A stretch of 63,382 nucleotides of DNA, filler included, from an uncultured bacterium (GTDB lineage: Bacteria; CAZSTA01): the NCBI GenBank assembly GCA_964609495.1. It is 23 parts of 23 records of this genome, joined end to end, with 100 filler letters (N's around TTAATTAATTAA, not from the genome) between each part and the next. Parts side by side here need not be neighbours in the genome. Positions count along the whole stretch, not along the records: positions 1 to 2,968 come from CAZSTA010000287.1; positions 3,069 to 5,981 come from CAZSTA010000288.1; positions 6,082 to 8,969 come from CAZSTA010000290.1; positions 9,070 to 11,942 come from CAZSTA010000291.1; 19 more parts are not named here. One strand, given 5' to 3'. Below are positions 1-9,918 of the stretch, piece after piece. Within the stretch, counting starts at the first letter, position 1; the number at the start of each line of letters is the position of its first letter. The notes under the pieces were generated by a model. It ran no database searches. It was not told the DNA's origin and worked only from the letters and a program-made list of their open reading frames with translations. Both the position numbers and the translations under genes were made by a program.

Positions 1-551
<551 letters not shown>

Positions 552-664
552 ATGTTGAAGGCTTTCAATCACAGGCGAACCTGTGATATCGAGCCGACAA
601 CTCAGGTTCAATCAACTATAGACAAGAGCCACCTTACTTAGGTAAACTTCAGCACATTATTCGA

Positions 665-676
665 CTTTCAAAGACC
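665..676 (-). promoter_or_regulatory. rrn leader boxA-like antitermination motif
   Basis: GGTCTTTGAAAG on the minus strand between the promoters and the 16S 5' end. Confidence 0.6.
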
Positions 677-693
677 TTCATCTGCTACCTTAT

Positions 694-722
694 AGTATAT
701 CACAAATTTCCTAATTTGTCAA
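694..722 (-). promoter_or_regulatory. rrn sigma70 promoter (most proximal)
   Basis: TTGACA(722-717)-17 bp-TATACT(699-694) with extended -10 TG. Confidence 0.8.
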
Positions 723-757
723 GTGTTTTTTAATCCAGCTTCGTATTCTAATATATT

Positions 758-786
758 ATTATATCATATCTTTTTTTATTTGTCAA
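758..786 (-). promoter_or_regulatory. rrn sigma70 promoter
   Basis: TTGACA(786-781)-17 bp-TATAAT(763-758) with extended -10 TG. Confidence 0.85.
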
Positions 787-845
787 GTCTTTTTTCGCAA
801 TTTTGTTGAAAAATTTCTTATCCGCTTCTGAGTGATGCAGATGGT

Positions 846-874
846 ATTATAACATAGAGTTTTCAATTTGTCAA
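846..874 (-). promoter_or_regulatory. rrn sigma70 promoter (repeat unit 1)
   Basis: TTGACA(874-869)-17 bp-TATAAT(851-846) with extended -10 TG. Confidence 0.85.
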
Positions 875-933
875 GTCTTTTTTCGCAATTTTGTTGAAAA
901 ATTTCTTATCCGCTTCTGAGTGATGCAAATGGT

Positions 934-962
934 ATTATAACATAGAGTTTTCAATTTGTCAA
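934..962 (-). promoter_or_regulatory. rrn sigma70 promoter (repeat unit 2, most distal)
   Basis: TTGACA(962-957)-17 bp-TATAAT(939-934) with extended -10 TG. Confidence 0.85.
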
Positions 963-980
963 GAGATTTTTAGGAAATCT

Positions 981-1202
981 AAGCATGTAAAAGTTCGGCT
1001 AGCAGATTTTTAAGGAGAATTTCTAATAAAATTCCTCTGGAGATGATGATTAGGAATAAATATCCTCATATATATCACTCCGAAGATCATCAATAAATAC
1101 ATTCGGAGAGAGCATTTACATTTCATAGACCTCCGAAGTAAAAATTATTTATGCTCTATTATCAGATATTGATCTATTCCCAGTCCGAAGTTTTACATGC
1201 TT
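981..1202. mobile_element. MITE-like non-coding element with imperfect terminal inverted repeats
   Basis: AAGCATGTAAAAGTTCGGCTAG at 981 and inverted AAGCATGTAAAACTTCGGACTGG ending at 1202; the same terminus recurs at 45579-45613 and 52974-53005. Confidence 0.5.
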
Positions 1203-1220
1203 CCCGACTATCAAAATGTG

Positions 1221-1249
1221 TTGAATAACTCGCAAAAATATGATAAGAT
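1221..1249 (+). promoter_or_regulatory. putative sigma70 promoter for the NUDIX/URO-D genes
   Basis: TTGAAT-17 bp-TAAGAT with extended -10 TG. Confidence 0.5.
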
Positions 1250-1358
1250 AAAGAGGAGAGGGGAAGGGATGGATCGAGGTTATCAGAGGATTATCTTGCT
1301 ATCCCCCAAAAGCTACTATTCGTAACACTACAAGCCAACTATCACTGGAGGCTAAAAT

Positions 1359-1931
1359 ATGACAACATCTCATAATGACCTACTCGATGAAGCTGAGATC
1401 GCCGAATTATCCGCAAAGTATGGAACTCCCAAAAGGCTAGCCTGTGCTTTGTTATCATCCGAGTTGAAAGCATTGGAGTTTAATGAGAGGCGAAGAGGCG
1501 AGGTTGTATTCCCTATCTTCCGCGAGGATAGGATATTAACTATAACTAAGGATTTCTATCCGAAGGGAGTTTATCGCCTCCCCTCAGGTGGTATTCATAT
1601 GGGGGAGAGGATTAAAGAGGCGCTTCATCGAGAGGTGCGGGAGGAAACAGGGCTAGAAATCGTATCCGCTAGATTCCTGGGGATAATAACCTATTATGAT
1701 GGGGGGATCCTCCTCTACGTCTCCTATTTATTCGCCATAGATGGAAGCAAAGGCGAACTCGCCCCTGAAGATGAGGATGAAGGGATAATAGATTATCGCT
1801 GGGTATCAATAGAAGAGCTAGAGAGGATAGCTCAACATCTGGCTGATCTGGAGGATGATTGGAACAATTGGGGACGCTTCAGAGCAATTGTGCATAAGTT
1901 TTTATATGAGATATTGAGCATAGAGAGGTGA
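1359..1931 (+). CDS. NUDIX hydrolase
   Basis: Nudix box GGIHMGERIKEALHREVREETGL; RBS GGAGG. Confidence 0.93.
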   Translation: MTTSHNDLLDEAEIAELSAKYGTPKRLACALLSSELKALEFNERRRGEVVFPIFREDRILTITKDFYPKGVYRLPSGGIHMGERIKEALHREVREETGLEIVSARFLGIITYYDGGILLYVSYLFAIDGSKGELAPEDEDEGIIDYRWVSIEELERIAQHLADLEDDWNNWGRFRAIVHKFLYEILSIER

Positions 1932-1935
1932 TAAG

Positions 1936-2889
1936 ATGAACTCGAAGGAGAGGGTATTAACCGCTATCAGGCATGAGGAGCCAGATAGGGTCCCGATTAA
2001 TATCTGGATGCTCAGGGAAGATATGCAGGAGAGAGTTATCGAGAGATACGGCAGTATGGACGAGTTCTATAAAGCCCTGGATATTGATTTATTTATGGCA
2101 ATAACTCCCCCTCCTAATAAGAACAACTTGCTTTTTATGGAGGAGAGGATGACGATGACTTTGGATGAGATCAGCGATGACGATTTCCTCGATCCTGATG
2201 ATGAGAGGTTGTATATTGAGGTCAAGCAATTAGTCGAGGAGTGGGGAGAGGATAAGGCAGTTCTAGCCCACGTTTGGGGAGTTGTGGAATCAGCTTATAG
2301 CTTTATGGGGATCCAGAATACCCTATATAATATGGCGGCTCGACCGGAGGAGATAAAGGTGCTATTCAAGAAGTTGAGCGATTGGTCAGCTAGGGTGGCG
2401 GATAATGTGACCGAGCTAGGAATCGATGTTCTGCACATCAGTGGAGATGCGGGAATGAATACCGGCTGTCTCTTCAGCCCAAAGGCTTGGTGGGAATTTG
2501 TGTATCCCAACGATAAGGTGATAATAGAGGTGGGTAAGAGGAAAGGATTCCCCATATCTATGCATAGTTGTGGGAATATAAATGATGTCTTAGACGGAGT
2601 TGTCAAGATGGGAGTCGATCTACTTCACCCAGTTCAAACCTCCGCGGGGATGAATCCCGCTTATGTGAAGAAGGAATATGGATTGGCGGTTCACGGAGGA
2701 TTAGAGATCAGATATATCCTTCCTCGCGCTCCTATAGATGAACTCATAGACACCGTTAAGAATTGGTTCGAGGTGCTAAAACCGGGAGGTGGTTTCATCT
2801 TCAATACCGAACATACGGTCCAGCCCGATACCACCTTGGACAGGGTTGAGATAGCCTATGAAACCGCCTTGAAATACGCGAAATATTGA
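1936..2889 (+). CDS. uroporphyrinogen decarboxylase / MtaA-CmuA family protein
   Basis: N-terminal KERVL..I.HEEPDRVP, MHSCG, C-terminal PGGGFIF..EHTVQPDT. Confidence 0.9.
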   Translation: MNSKERVLTAIRHEEPDRVPINIWMLREDMQERVIERYGSMDEFYKALDIDLFMAITPPPNKNNLLFMEERMTMTLDEISDDDFLDPDDERLYIEVKQLVEEWGEDKAVLAHVWGVVESAYSFMGIQNTLYNMAARPEEIKVLFKKLSDWSARVADNVTELGIDVLHISGDAGMNTGCLFSPKAWWEFVYPNDKVIIEVGKRKGFPISMHSCGNINDVLDGVVKMGVDLLHPVQTSAGMNPAYVKKEYGLAVHGGLEIRYILPRAPIDELIDTVKNWFEVLKPGGGFIFNTEHTVQPDTTLDRVEIAYETALKYAKY

Positions 2890-2968
2890 TAATAGAGGAT
2901 AAAAAGTTGAGGATAGAGAATGAGTTCTCTTATTCGATCTTCAATTTTCAAGTAGAGGGGGAATGAAG

Positions 2969-3068
2969 NNNNNNNNNNNNNNNNNNNNNNNNNNNNNNNN
3001 NNNNNNNNNNNNTTAATTAATTAANNNNNNNNNNNNNNNNNNNNNNNNNNNNNNNNNNNNNNNNNNNN
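2969..3068. other. artificial contig spacer N44-TTAATTAATTAA-N44 (first of ~22 identical spacers)
   Basis: Identical 100-nt linker with stops in all frames recurs every ~2.5-3 kb. Confidence 0.99.
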
Positions 3069-3089
3069 AACAACCTCCTCATATAATTT

Positions 3090-3127
3090 CCCTCTCACCC
3101 TTATCCCTCTCCCACCAGGGGAAAGAG
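3090..3127 (+). repeat. degenerate REP-like hairpin repeat
   Basis: CCCTCTCACCCTTATCCCTCTCCCACCAGGGGAAAGAG, a variant of the family consensus. Confidence 0.75.
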
Positions 3128-3437
3128 ACCAGCAAGGTGGAGAGGGATTGGGGATAACGAACTCATCGATCAGGGCCTGGGGAGAGAAGGGTGGTGCTAT
3201 CCTCACACATCCTCACTCTTCCCAGAGCCATATACATAGTGGTATGATAACCCTTATCTAGATCTTCAGCGTTTAACTCCTTCATTATCCTGCTTATAGT
3301 TATGTAAACATAGGTGGTAAAGCTCCATCGGATGGTGGACGAAAGGGGGATCATCGAACATATCCAGGAAGATATCATCTAACATCTTCTCCTTATCATA
3401 ATATTGTTCCTTTATATTCATTATTATCCTATCCCCG

Positions 3438-4943
3438 TCAGATTAACTTAATTCCAGATAAGGATTGCCTCAACTGTCCCACTAATTCTTTGCCTCTTCT
3501 CTTCTCTTCAGCCGTAAAGAAGCCAGTTATATAAAGGAGGAGGGGATAGAGCATTAAAAGTAATATTTTATATATTACAGATAAGGCCAGCGAGGAAGAG
3601 AGGGGATACAGACCGATTATATATATCGCTAATCCAACTGCTATTATCTTGGTTATCCTTATAAGCTCGTAGGAGACATAGTAGAATCTCCCTGAGATAA
3701 GGAACATCATAAGCGCCATAATAAAGTAGGATAAAACCGTGGCGACCGCGGCTCCTATCATCCCATATTCGGGTATTAAGATAAAGTTCAGGATCAAATT
3801 AGATATCGCGGCTATAATCATAATAAGTGGATAATAGATCGTCTTCCTCTTTAAGTTAACTCCAACTGATAAGATCGATACAGTTCCGTAGAGAAGGTAT
3901 GATATCGCTATTAAGCCCACTACTCTATAAGCAGACCAGTAGGAGGGGTTAAGGGCCATTATCCTTATGATCTCCTTAGCTAAGAGCGATATCCCTAGAC
4001 AGATGAAACCGGCAAGCAGGACGAAATAGGTCATCAATCGAGAATATATCTGAGGGGCATCATCTCTCTTAGCTATGGAGAACATAATGGTGGGCCAAGT
4101 GAGGGAAAATGGCCCGCTAACCAATATCGCCATCAATCTCCCAAATTGATACCCTAAAGAGTATAATCCCACTTCGGATAGATCGGTCATACGTTGGAGG
4201 AAGAAGCGGTCGGATAAGGTCAATATCCAACTAGCCAGAGCCGCTGGAATCAGAGGTAGCCCAAACTTTAACATCCCCTTTAGATCTTCGAGCGATAGAG
4301 TGAGTTTGATATCTTTGAACAGAAAGGGAATGATGAAGAGGCATAGCAAAGCAGGGGCGATTAGCTCTCCCCATAGCACTCCAGATACGCCTTTTCTCAA
4401 ATATGCGACCAGATATATAATTAGGAGTAAGCTCAGTATCAGTTTGAGCACTGATAAGAAGGTGTATCTTTTAGATTCCTCCCTAGCTCTCAATACCGCC
4501 AAGGGAACTTTAAGCACAGTCTCGAAAGCTACTGCTAGGGCTACTAATTTGAGGAATAGAGAATAATCACTCTTAGCGAAGAGTGGATATTTATCGCTAG
4601 CGAATATCAGAGGGGAAAGAAGGGATGAAGTGATTATGAGCAGAGAGGTGAGGAGCGAAGATACTATCACCAGAAGAATAAAAGCGGTGCTAACCACAGC
4701 CTTTCTATCCTCGAGATCATCATAATCGAAGTAGAATCTGAAGAGAGCTGATCCTATCCCTAATCCGAAGATTATAGTTAGGATCGAGGCGACTATTCGG
4801 GCTGTGGCTAGAACCCCGTATTCGTCAACTCCTAAGTAGCGAGTATAAACTGGGATTAAGAAGAAGCTCGCTATGTTACCTAAAAGTGCTCCTCCACCAT
4901 ATATAGCGGAGTGCTTGAACACGCGCTTGAATTGATCGAACAT
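3438..4943 (-). CDS. Wzx-type polysaccharide flippase (MOP superfamily)
   Basis: 501 aa, about 14 TM segments, IPVYTRYLGVDEYG, FGLPLIP, LSDRFFL..EVGLYSLG, LIPEYGMIGAAVAT. Confidence 0.92.
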   Translation of the reverse strand: MFDQFKRVFKHSAIYGGGALLGNIASFFLIPVYTRYLGVDEYGVLATARIVASILTIIFGLGIGSALFRFYFDYDDLEDRKAVVSTAFILLVIVSSLLTSLLIITSSLLSPLIFASDKYPLFAKSDYSLFLKLVALAVAFETVLKVPLAVLRAREESKRYTFLSVLKLILSLLLIIYLVAYLRKGVSGVLWGELIAPALLCLFIIPFLFKDIKLTLSLEDLKGMLKFGLPLIPAALASWILTLSDRFFLQRMTDLSEVGLYSLGYQFGRLMAILVSGPFSLTWPTIMFSIAKRDDAPQIYSRLMTYFVLLAGFICLGISLLAKEIIRIMALNPSYWSAYRVVGLIAISYLLYGTVSILSVGVNLKRKTIYYPLIMIIAAISNLILNFILIPEYGMIGAAVATVLSYFIMALMMFLISGRFYYVSYELIRITKIIAVGLAIYIIGLYPLSSSLALSVIYKILLLMLYPLLLYITGFFTAEEKRRGKELVGQLRQSLSGIKLI

Positions 4944-4950
4944 ACTTATA

Positions 4951-5981
4951 CTACCCTATTCGCTTAACCCAGATAGGAGAGGACCAAGCTGTTTCACCAT
5001 CAATTTGGCGCACCCTCATATAATAGTAGCTGATACTGGGGGTGTCGTTCTCGTCTTTGAGGGTAATAGAGCCCTCCATACCATTAGGGCGAAAGGCGTA
5101 GAAGATTTGGTTATCTTTGATGATCTCTATAGTATATAGTCTATTAGTTCCCGCCGCCTCCGCGTAGATCTTTATTGGCTGTCCCCTCTCAGCCTCTAGC
5201 TCACTGCCCATAGGATTCCCGTCTATCGTGAAATTGAGGTATATCCTCTCTCCAGTAGTAGCGTAGCAACGACGAGTGCGAATAGCCTCTAGGATAGCCC
5301 GGCGCGATAGTTCCTCGGTCAGCACCGCAACATATCCAGCTCGATATTGGAAGTGGGAACAGTTCAAGTTCCCCGGATACTCCTGTAATTTGATGTCTTG
5401 ACCGGTAAAAGCTTGATGGTAATCGCTGGAGGCTATCGCTCCAAACTTATATCCTTTAGCTAGCGCGTCTTGATAAAAGCTACCGGGGGTCTGATCGACA
5501 AGACGACGCGGATTATCGAGGTATTCCGAACATCCATGAGCGGAGTATATCTCAACGACTGGCGTGAACTCCTGCTCGAAGGGGGACCAAGCGGTGAGCT
5601 TCAGATTATTCGCCCCATAACCAGTATGGTGAGGAACAATGATGAGATTGAACTTCTTTGCCAGTTTCCACAGTTCCCTCCCATCCTCTCCCCTAGTGGG
5701 AACGAGAGGAACATCAGGAGACTCACAATAGACATTCATATGAGCGTGATCGCCCTCGGGAGTGGCTATTCCAGGCTCATAGCCGAGGAGAGTGGCGAAA
5801 TGGGGAGGATCATCATATTCGCTCGCCTTCCTTTTCGTTATCTCCCACTTCTCCTTCCCGAAATCGCCCTCGTTATAATTTATGTGATCTACGGTGGAGG
5901 CGAAATCGAGACAAGCTACATATCTGGCGTGCTGATAGTGTTCATCTATGCTCCCATTCCCATCGGATAACTCAGTATGCC
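4951..5981 (-). CDS. DUF3604/PHP-like (CehA/McbA-type) metallohydrolase, C-terminal part
   Basis: Frame is open to the contig end: HTELSDG..DF...DH..LGYE, VPHH, EIYSAHG, ASSDYH, RRCYATTGERI, YYYMRVRQIDGETAWSSPIWV. Confidence 0.85.
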
Positions 5982-6081
5982 NNNNNNNNNNNNNNNNNNN
6001 NNNNNNNNNNNNNNNNNNNNNNNNNTTAATTAATTAANNNNNNNNNNNNNNNNNNNNNNNNNNNNNNNNNNNNNNNNNNNN

Positions 6082-6746
6082 CCTTGACCGCAACCGATAG
6101 TGGAGGTGCTAAAGGGACCGCGACGGTTAATATAAGCGTCAGTATGGCTCCTCTTGTCTCTCCTGGTCCTGCTCCAACAGGATTGGATTGGGATGGGCAA
6201 TACCTCTGGAATGCGGATGCGAATGATAAGAAGATATACAAGATCGATATCTATGAGGGAAAAGCAGTAGCGGAAATCCCTACTCCAGGGGCGAGTCCGA
6301 GAGGATTGGCTTGGGATGGTGCTTATCTTTGGAATGTCGATCTGATAACGCAGAAGATCCATAAGCTCAATCCCACCAATGGAACGGTAATCAAGACTAT
6401 CTCCTCCCCTGAGGTATCTCCTACTGGTCTAGCTTGGGATGGCGCTTATCTTTGGAACGCTGATTCCTATTCGGGAAAGGTATATAAGATAGATCCCTCT
6501 AATGGCTCAGTAGTTAAATCTTTCACCCTGCCTGGTATCTCTTGTGAGGGATTAGGCTGGGGAGGGGGATATCTTTGGAGTTCCGATGTGTCAGGAAAAA
6601 AGATCTATAAGATAAATCCTGTGAGTGGCACAGTTGTCAAATTCCTTCCCTCGCCTGGTTCAACACCTCAGGATCTAGCTTATGATGGGACTTTCTTGTG
6701 GAATGCTGATTGGAGCGATGCACTGCTCTATAATATAACGCCTTGA
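6082..6746 (+). CDS. beta-propeller protein with GLAWDG repeats, preceded by the end of an Ig/PKD-like domain (5' truncated)
   Basis: Five ~43-aa repeats PxGLAWDGxYLWxxD..KIYKIDP. Confidence 0.8.
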
Positions 6747-6897
6747 GAATGAGGATAATTTACTTCTTGGAGTATATTATCAGAAAAAGGGGGTAAATTA
6801 TCCACTCTAGAATCTACCGAAACTTTTTCTCTAAATTTGAAGTAATATAGGTGGTTTAGGTATTAAGTTATTAGGATAAAAATACAAGGAGGAAAGG

Positions 6898-7569
6898 ATG
6901 AAAAGAATCTCTATTTATGCAGCGGCAGGTTTACTTCTACTCTCAATGCTTACTTTGTGGGGCGTTGGATGTAAGCAGGTAACTGTAGAGCCATCGGTCG
7001 ATGTTAGGGATATTCACAGCCTAGCGGTGTTGCCCTTCGAGAACAACACTAGATACTTTGGAGTTGGCGGCAGCGTCACCGATTCAATTATTGTCCTATT
7101 GGTCCAAAACACAAGAGAGTTTCAGATAGTAGAAAGAGCCAGGATATATGATGTCCTGCAGGAGCATAATATGATGGGTGCTCAAGGAATAAGAGTCGTG
7201 CCTAAGGAATCCGCTCAGGAGATCGGACAAGTATTAGGAGTGGATACCCTGCTAATAGGAACCGTAAATTCGCTATCGATCAGCGATGTGGCTATTCAAA
7301 AAAGTTATTACGATAAGAAGAGAGGGATCCAATACTATCAAGCCTATAAGAATGCTGATGTTCGGGTCTCTGCTCGTTTAATCGATGTAGCCACGGGAGC
7401 GATTAAGTGGGCGACGGAGGAGACCGCTTCAACGAGCAGCTATGATACCTTTGAGTGGGGAGAGGTCTATCAACTGAATAGCGATGATCAACTCATTGAT
7501 GATTTGCTCCGTAACGTAGCCCGAAAGATAGCGGTGAACTTCTATCCTCATAAGGAATACACTCTATAA
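6898..7569 (+). CDS. CsgG/HfaB family lipoprotein
   Basis: Lipobox GVGC, LAVLPFEN, FQIVERARI, IGQVLGVDTLLIG, ARLIDVATGAIKW. Confidence 0.85.
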   Translation: MKRISIYAAAGLLLLSMLTLWGVGCKQVTVEPSVDVRDIHSLAVLPFENNTRYFGVGGSVTDSIIVLLVQNTREFQIVERARIYDVLQEHNMMGAQGIRVVPKESAQEIGQVLGVDTLLIGTVNSLSISDVAIQKSYYDKKRGIQYYQAYKNADVRVSARLIDVATGAIKWATEETASTSSYDTFEWGEVYQLNSDDQLIDDLLRNVARKIAVNFYPHKEYTL

Positions 7570-8969
7570 TTATATTATCACAACTTTTATCAAGTTCGTC
7601 GTCCCTGGTATCCCGGCCGGAATCCCAGCAGTGATAATCACGAGATCGCCGTCCTTGGCTAGCCCTGCCTTCTTAACTTGTTGCACCGCTTCTGAGAACA
7701 TCTCATCGGTGTTGCTGATATGGGCTGATTGAAGAGGATAAACTCCCCAAACTAGAGCTAAACGATGCCTCACCCTCTCTTGGGGAGTAACCGCGATTAT
7801 CGGGGCGAAGGGGCGATATTTAGAGACCATTCGAGCTGTGCTTCCGGAGAAAGTAAAGGTGATTATAAGCTTAGCTTCAAGATCATAAGCGATTTGGCAA
7901 GTAGCACGGCTTATCCCATCCTGGGTGGTAAAGGGGTGGGATAATTTTTTCAGAGTTAGGATATCTTCATACGCTAATACCTCTTCCGCCTTCTCGGCGA
8001 TCTTAGCCATAGTTCTCACTGCTTCTACTGGATAATCCCCTATCGCTGTCTCACCAGAGAGCATAACCGCATCTGTTCCATCGAAGATCGCATTAGCGAC
8101 ATCGCTCGCCTCAGCGCGCGTGGGGCGAGGATTGTGCAACATAGATTCCAACATCTGAGTAGCGGTGATTACTGGTTTTCCTACCCTATTGCACTTCTTA
8201 ATGATCATCTTCTGAACTAGAGGAACATCCTCAGTTGGAATCTCTAATCCTAGATCTCCTCGGGCGACCATTATCCCATCTACCGCCTCGATTATCTCAT
8301 CTATATTCTCAGTAGCCTCATGCTTCTCGATCTTAGCGATAACTGGGATGTCTGTGGCTCTGGCTTGAATTAGCTCCTTCAATCGCTCTATATCTGCCGC
8401 ATTTCGAACGAAGGAGGCGGCTATCCAATCCACTCCTTTCTCTATCCCGAAGTCTAGGTCGTCAATATCCTTATCAGTTATAGCTGGAGTGCTCAGACTA
8501 ACCCCTGGCAGATTTATTCCCTTCCTAGACATCAGCTCTCCCCCATCAACTACCCGACAGAGAACATCTTCTCCTCTGACCCTCAATACCCTAAGCTCTA
8601 TCATCCCATCATCAACTAGGATAGCATCGCCCCTCTTTACCTCCTGAGACAATTCATCATAGTTTACGGAGACTATATTGGCATCACCTATCACTTGGCG
8701 AGAGGTGAGGGTAAATTCTTGCCCATTCTTAAGCTCAACTATTCCCTCCAGGATATCTCCAGTTCTGATCTTAGGCCCAGGAAGATCCTGGAGGATCGCG
8801 ACTGTTCTCCCAAGCTCAGCGGAGACCTTCCTTATCGTCTCTATCGCTTGAGCATGGGATTCATGCGTTCCGTGAGAGAAGTTTATTCGAGCCACGTTCA
8901 TCCCAGATTTTATGAGCTTTCGCACCATTTTTGGCGAAGAGCTGGCAGGACCGATAGTGCATACTATCT
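7570..8969 (-). CDS. pyk: pyruvate kinase (first codons missing)
   Basis: IVCTIGPAS, MNVARINFSHG, DLPGPKIRTG, IAKIEK, MVARGDLG, ATQMLESM, DAVMLSGETA. Confidence 0.98.
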
Positions 8970-9069
8970 NNNNNNNNNNNNNNNNNNNNNNNNNNNNNNN
9001 NNNNNNNNNNNNNTTAATTAATTAANNNNNNNNNNNNNNNNNNNNNNNNNNNNNNNNNNNNNNNNNNNN

Positions 9070-9912
9070 CAGGGTTCATGGATAGGTGAAATAGATCATA
9101 TCAGAAAAGATGGCACTCCTTTTCCTACCTACACGTCAGCCACTTTATTAAGAGATGAGAGGGGAAAGGCAACAGGAATACTAGGAGTTTGTAGGGATAT
9201 CACCGAGCACAAGCGGATGGGAGAGGAAAGGCAAAGATTAGAGCGGTTGGCAACGTTGGGTGAGATGTTGGCAATTCTAGTTCATGAGGTCAGAAATCCT
9301 GTGGCTAATATTTTTACGGGCCTCCAATACCTAGTTAGGAATGTAGATAAAGATTCGAAGTCTGGCAAAGTGATAAAGATTATCCTAGACGAAGTGGACC
9401 GGATAAATAGAATAATCGGAGATGTTCTATTTGTAGCTCGGCCTAAGAAATTGCTCCTCACCTTATGCTCTATTCCGCGTATAATCGAGGAGAGTGTCCA
9501 ATCTCACCGAGCAGAAGCTAGTAAAGTCGTTATTGATATAAGTTGTGAGGAGTCATTACCCCAGATCGAGGTTAATGAAAGACATATAGAAAGAGCCCTT
9601 TCTGATCTTATTAGCAATGCTATCGAAGCTATGCCCACGGGAGGGAGACTTTCCATTCACGCGGGCCTTAAAGATAATTATATAGAGATAAAGATAACTG
9701 ATACTGGATGTGGTATTCCTTCTTCTCAGAGAGAGAAGATATTTGAACCTTTCTTCACTACTAGAGCTAAAGGAATTGGATTGGGGTTAGCGATAGTTAG
9801 CCGAATTATCGAGGAGCACAGTGGAGTTATATCAGTAGATAGCGAAGTTGGTAGGGGAACTACCTTCACTATCCTCCTACCTACTGTCCTCTCTTCTCCA
9901 AAAAGGGGGTAA
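9070..9912 (+). CDS. PAS/PAC sensor histidine kinase, NtrB-type (5' truncated)
   Basis: PAC motif RKDGTPFP..RDITE in frame upstream of the track start; HEVRNP H-box; N/G1/F/G2 boxes. Confidence 0.93.
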   Translation, partial: QGSWIGEIDHIRKDGTPFPTYTSATLLRDERGKATGILGVCRDITEHKRMGEERQRLERLATLGEMLAILVHEVRNPVANIFTGLQYLVRNVDKDSKSGKVIKIILDEVDRINRIIGDVLFVARPKKLLLTLCSIPRIIEESVQSHRAEASKVVIDISCEESLPQIEVNERHIERALSDLISNAIEAMPTGGRLSIHAGLKDNYIEIKITDTGCGIPSSQREKIFEPFFTTRAKGIGLGLAIVSRIIEEHSGVISVDSEVGRGTTFTILLPTVLSSPKRG

Positions 9913-9918
9913 ATAGCG

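Larger units (their letters stand above)
778..963. repeat. 88-bp tandem duplication (~2.1 copies, one mismatch)
   Basis: ATTTGTCAAG restarts at 778, 866 and 954; units differ only at gcagatgg/gcaaatgg. Confidence 0.95.

Noticed and set aside
778-963. Possible CRISPR array
   Set aside because: Two contiguous 88-bp units with no unique spacers; explained as a promoter duplication. The dispersed REP-like repeats are also not regularly interspaced
2969-3068. Recurrent TTAATTAATTAA palindrome and ORFs ending in X..LIN or X..N
   Set aside because: Artificial contig linker; the ORF tails and any gene adjacency across these spacers are not biological
3021-3206. 61-aa ORF
   Set aside because: Translation of REP-like repeat sequence running into the linker
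3163-3378. 71-aa ORF downstream of the flippase
   Set aside because: No recognisable family and it ends in repeat-derived sequence; may be a gene remnant but cannot be supported
5470-5970. 166-aa plus-strand ORF, and the many other short ORFs antisense to long genes
   Set aside because: Shadow frames of well-supported genes on the opposite strand or another frame
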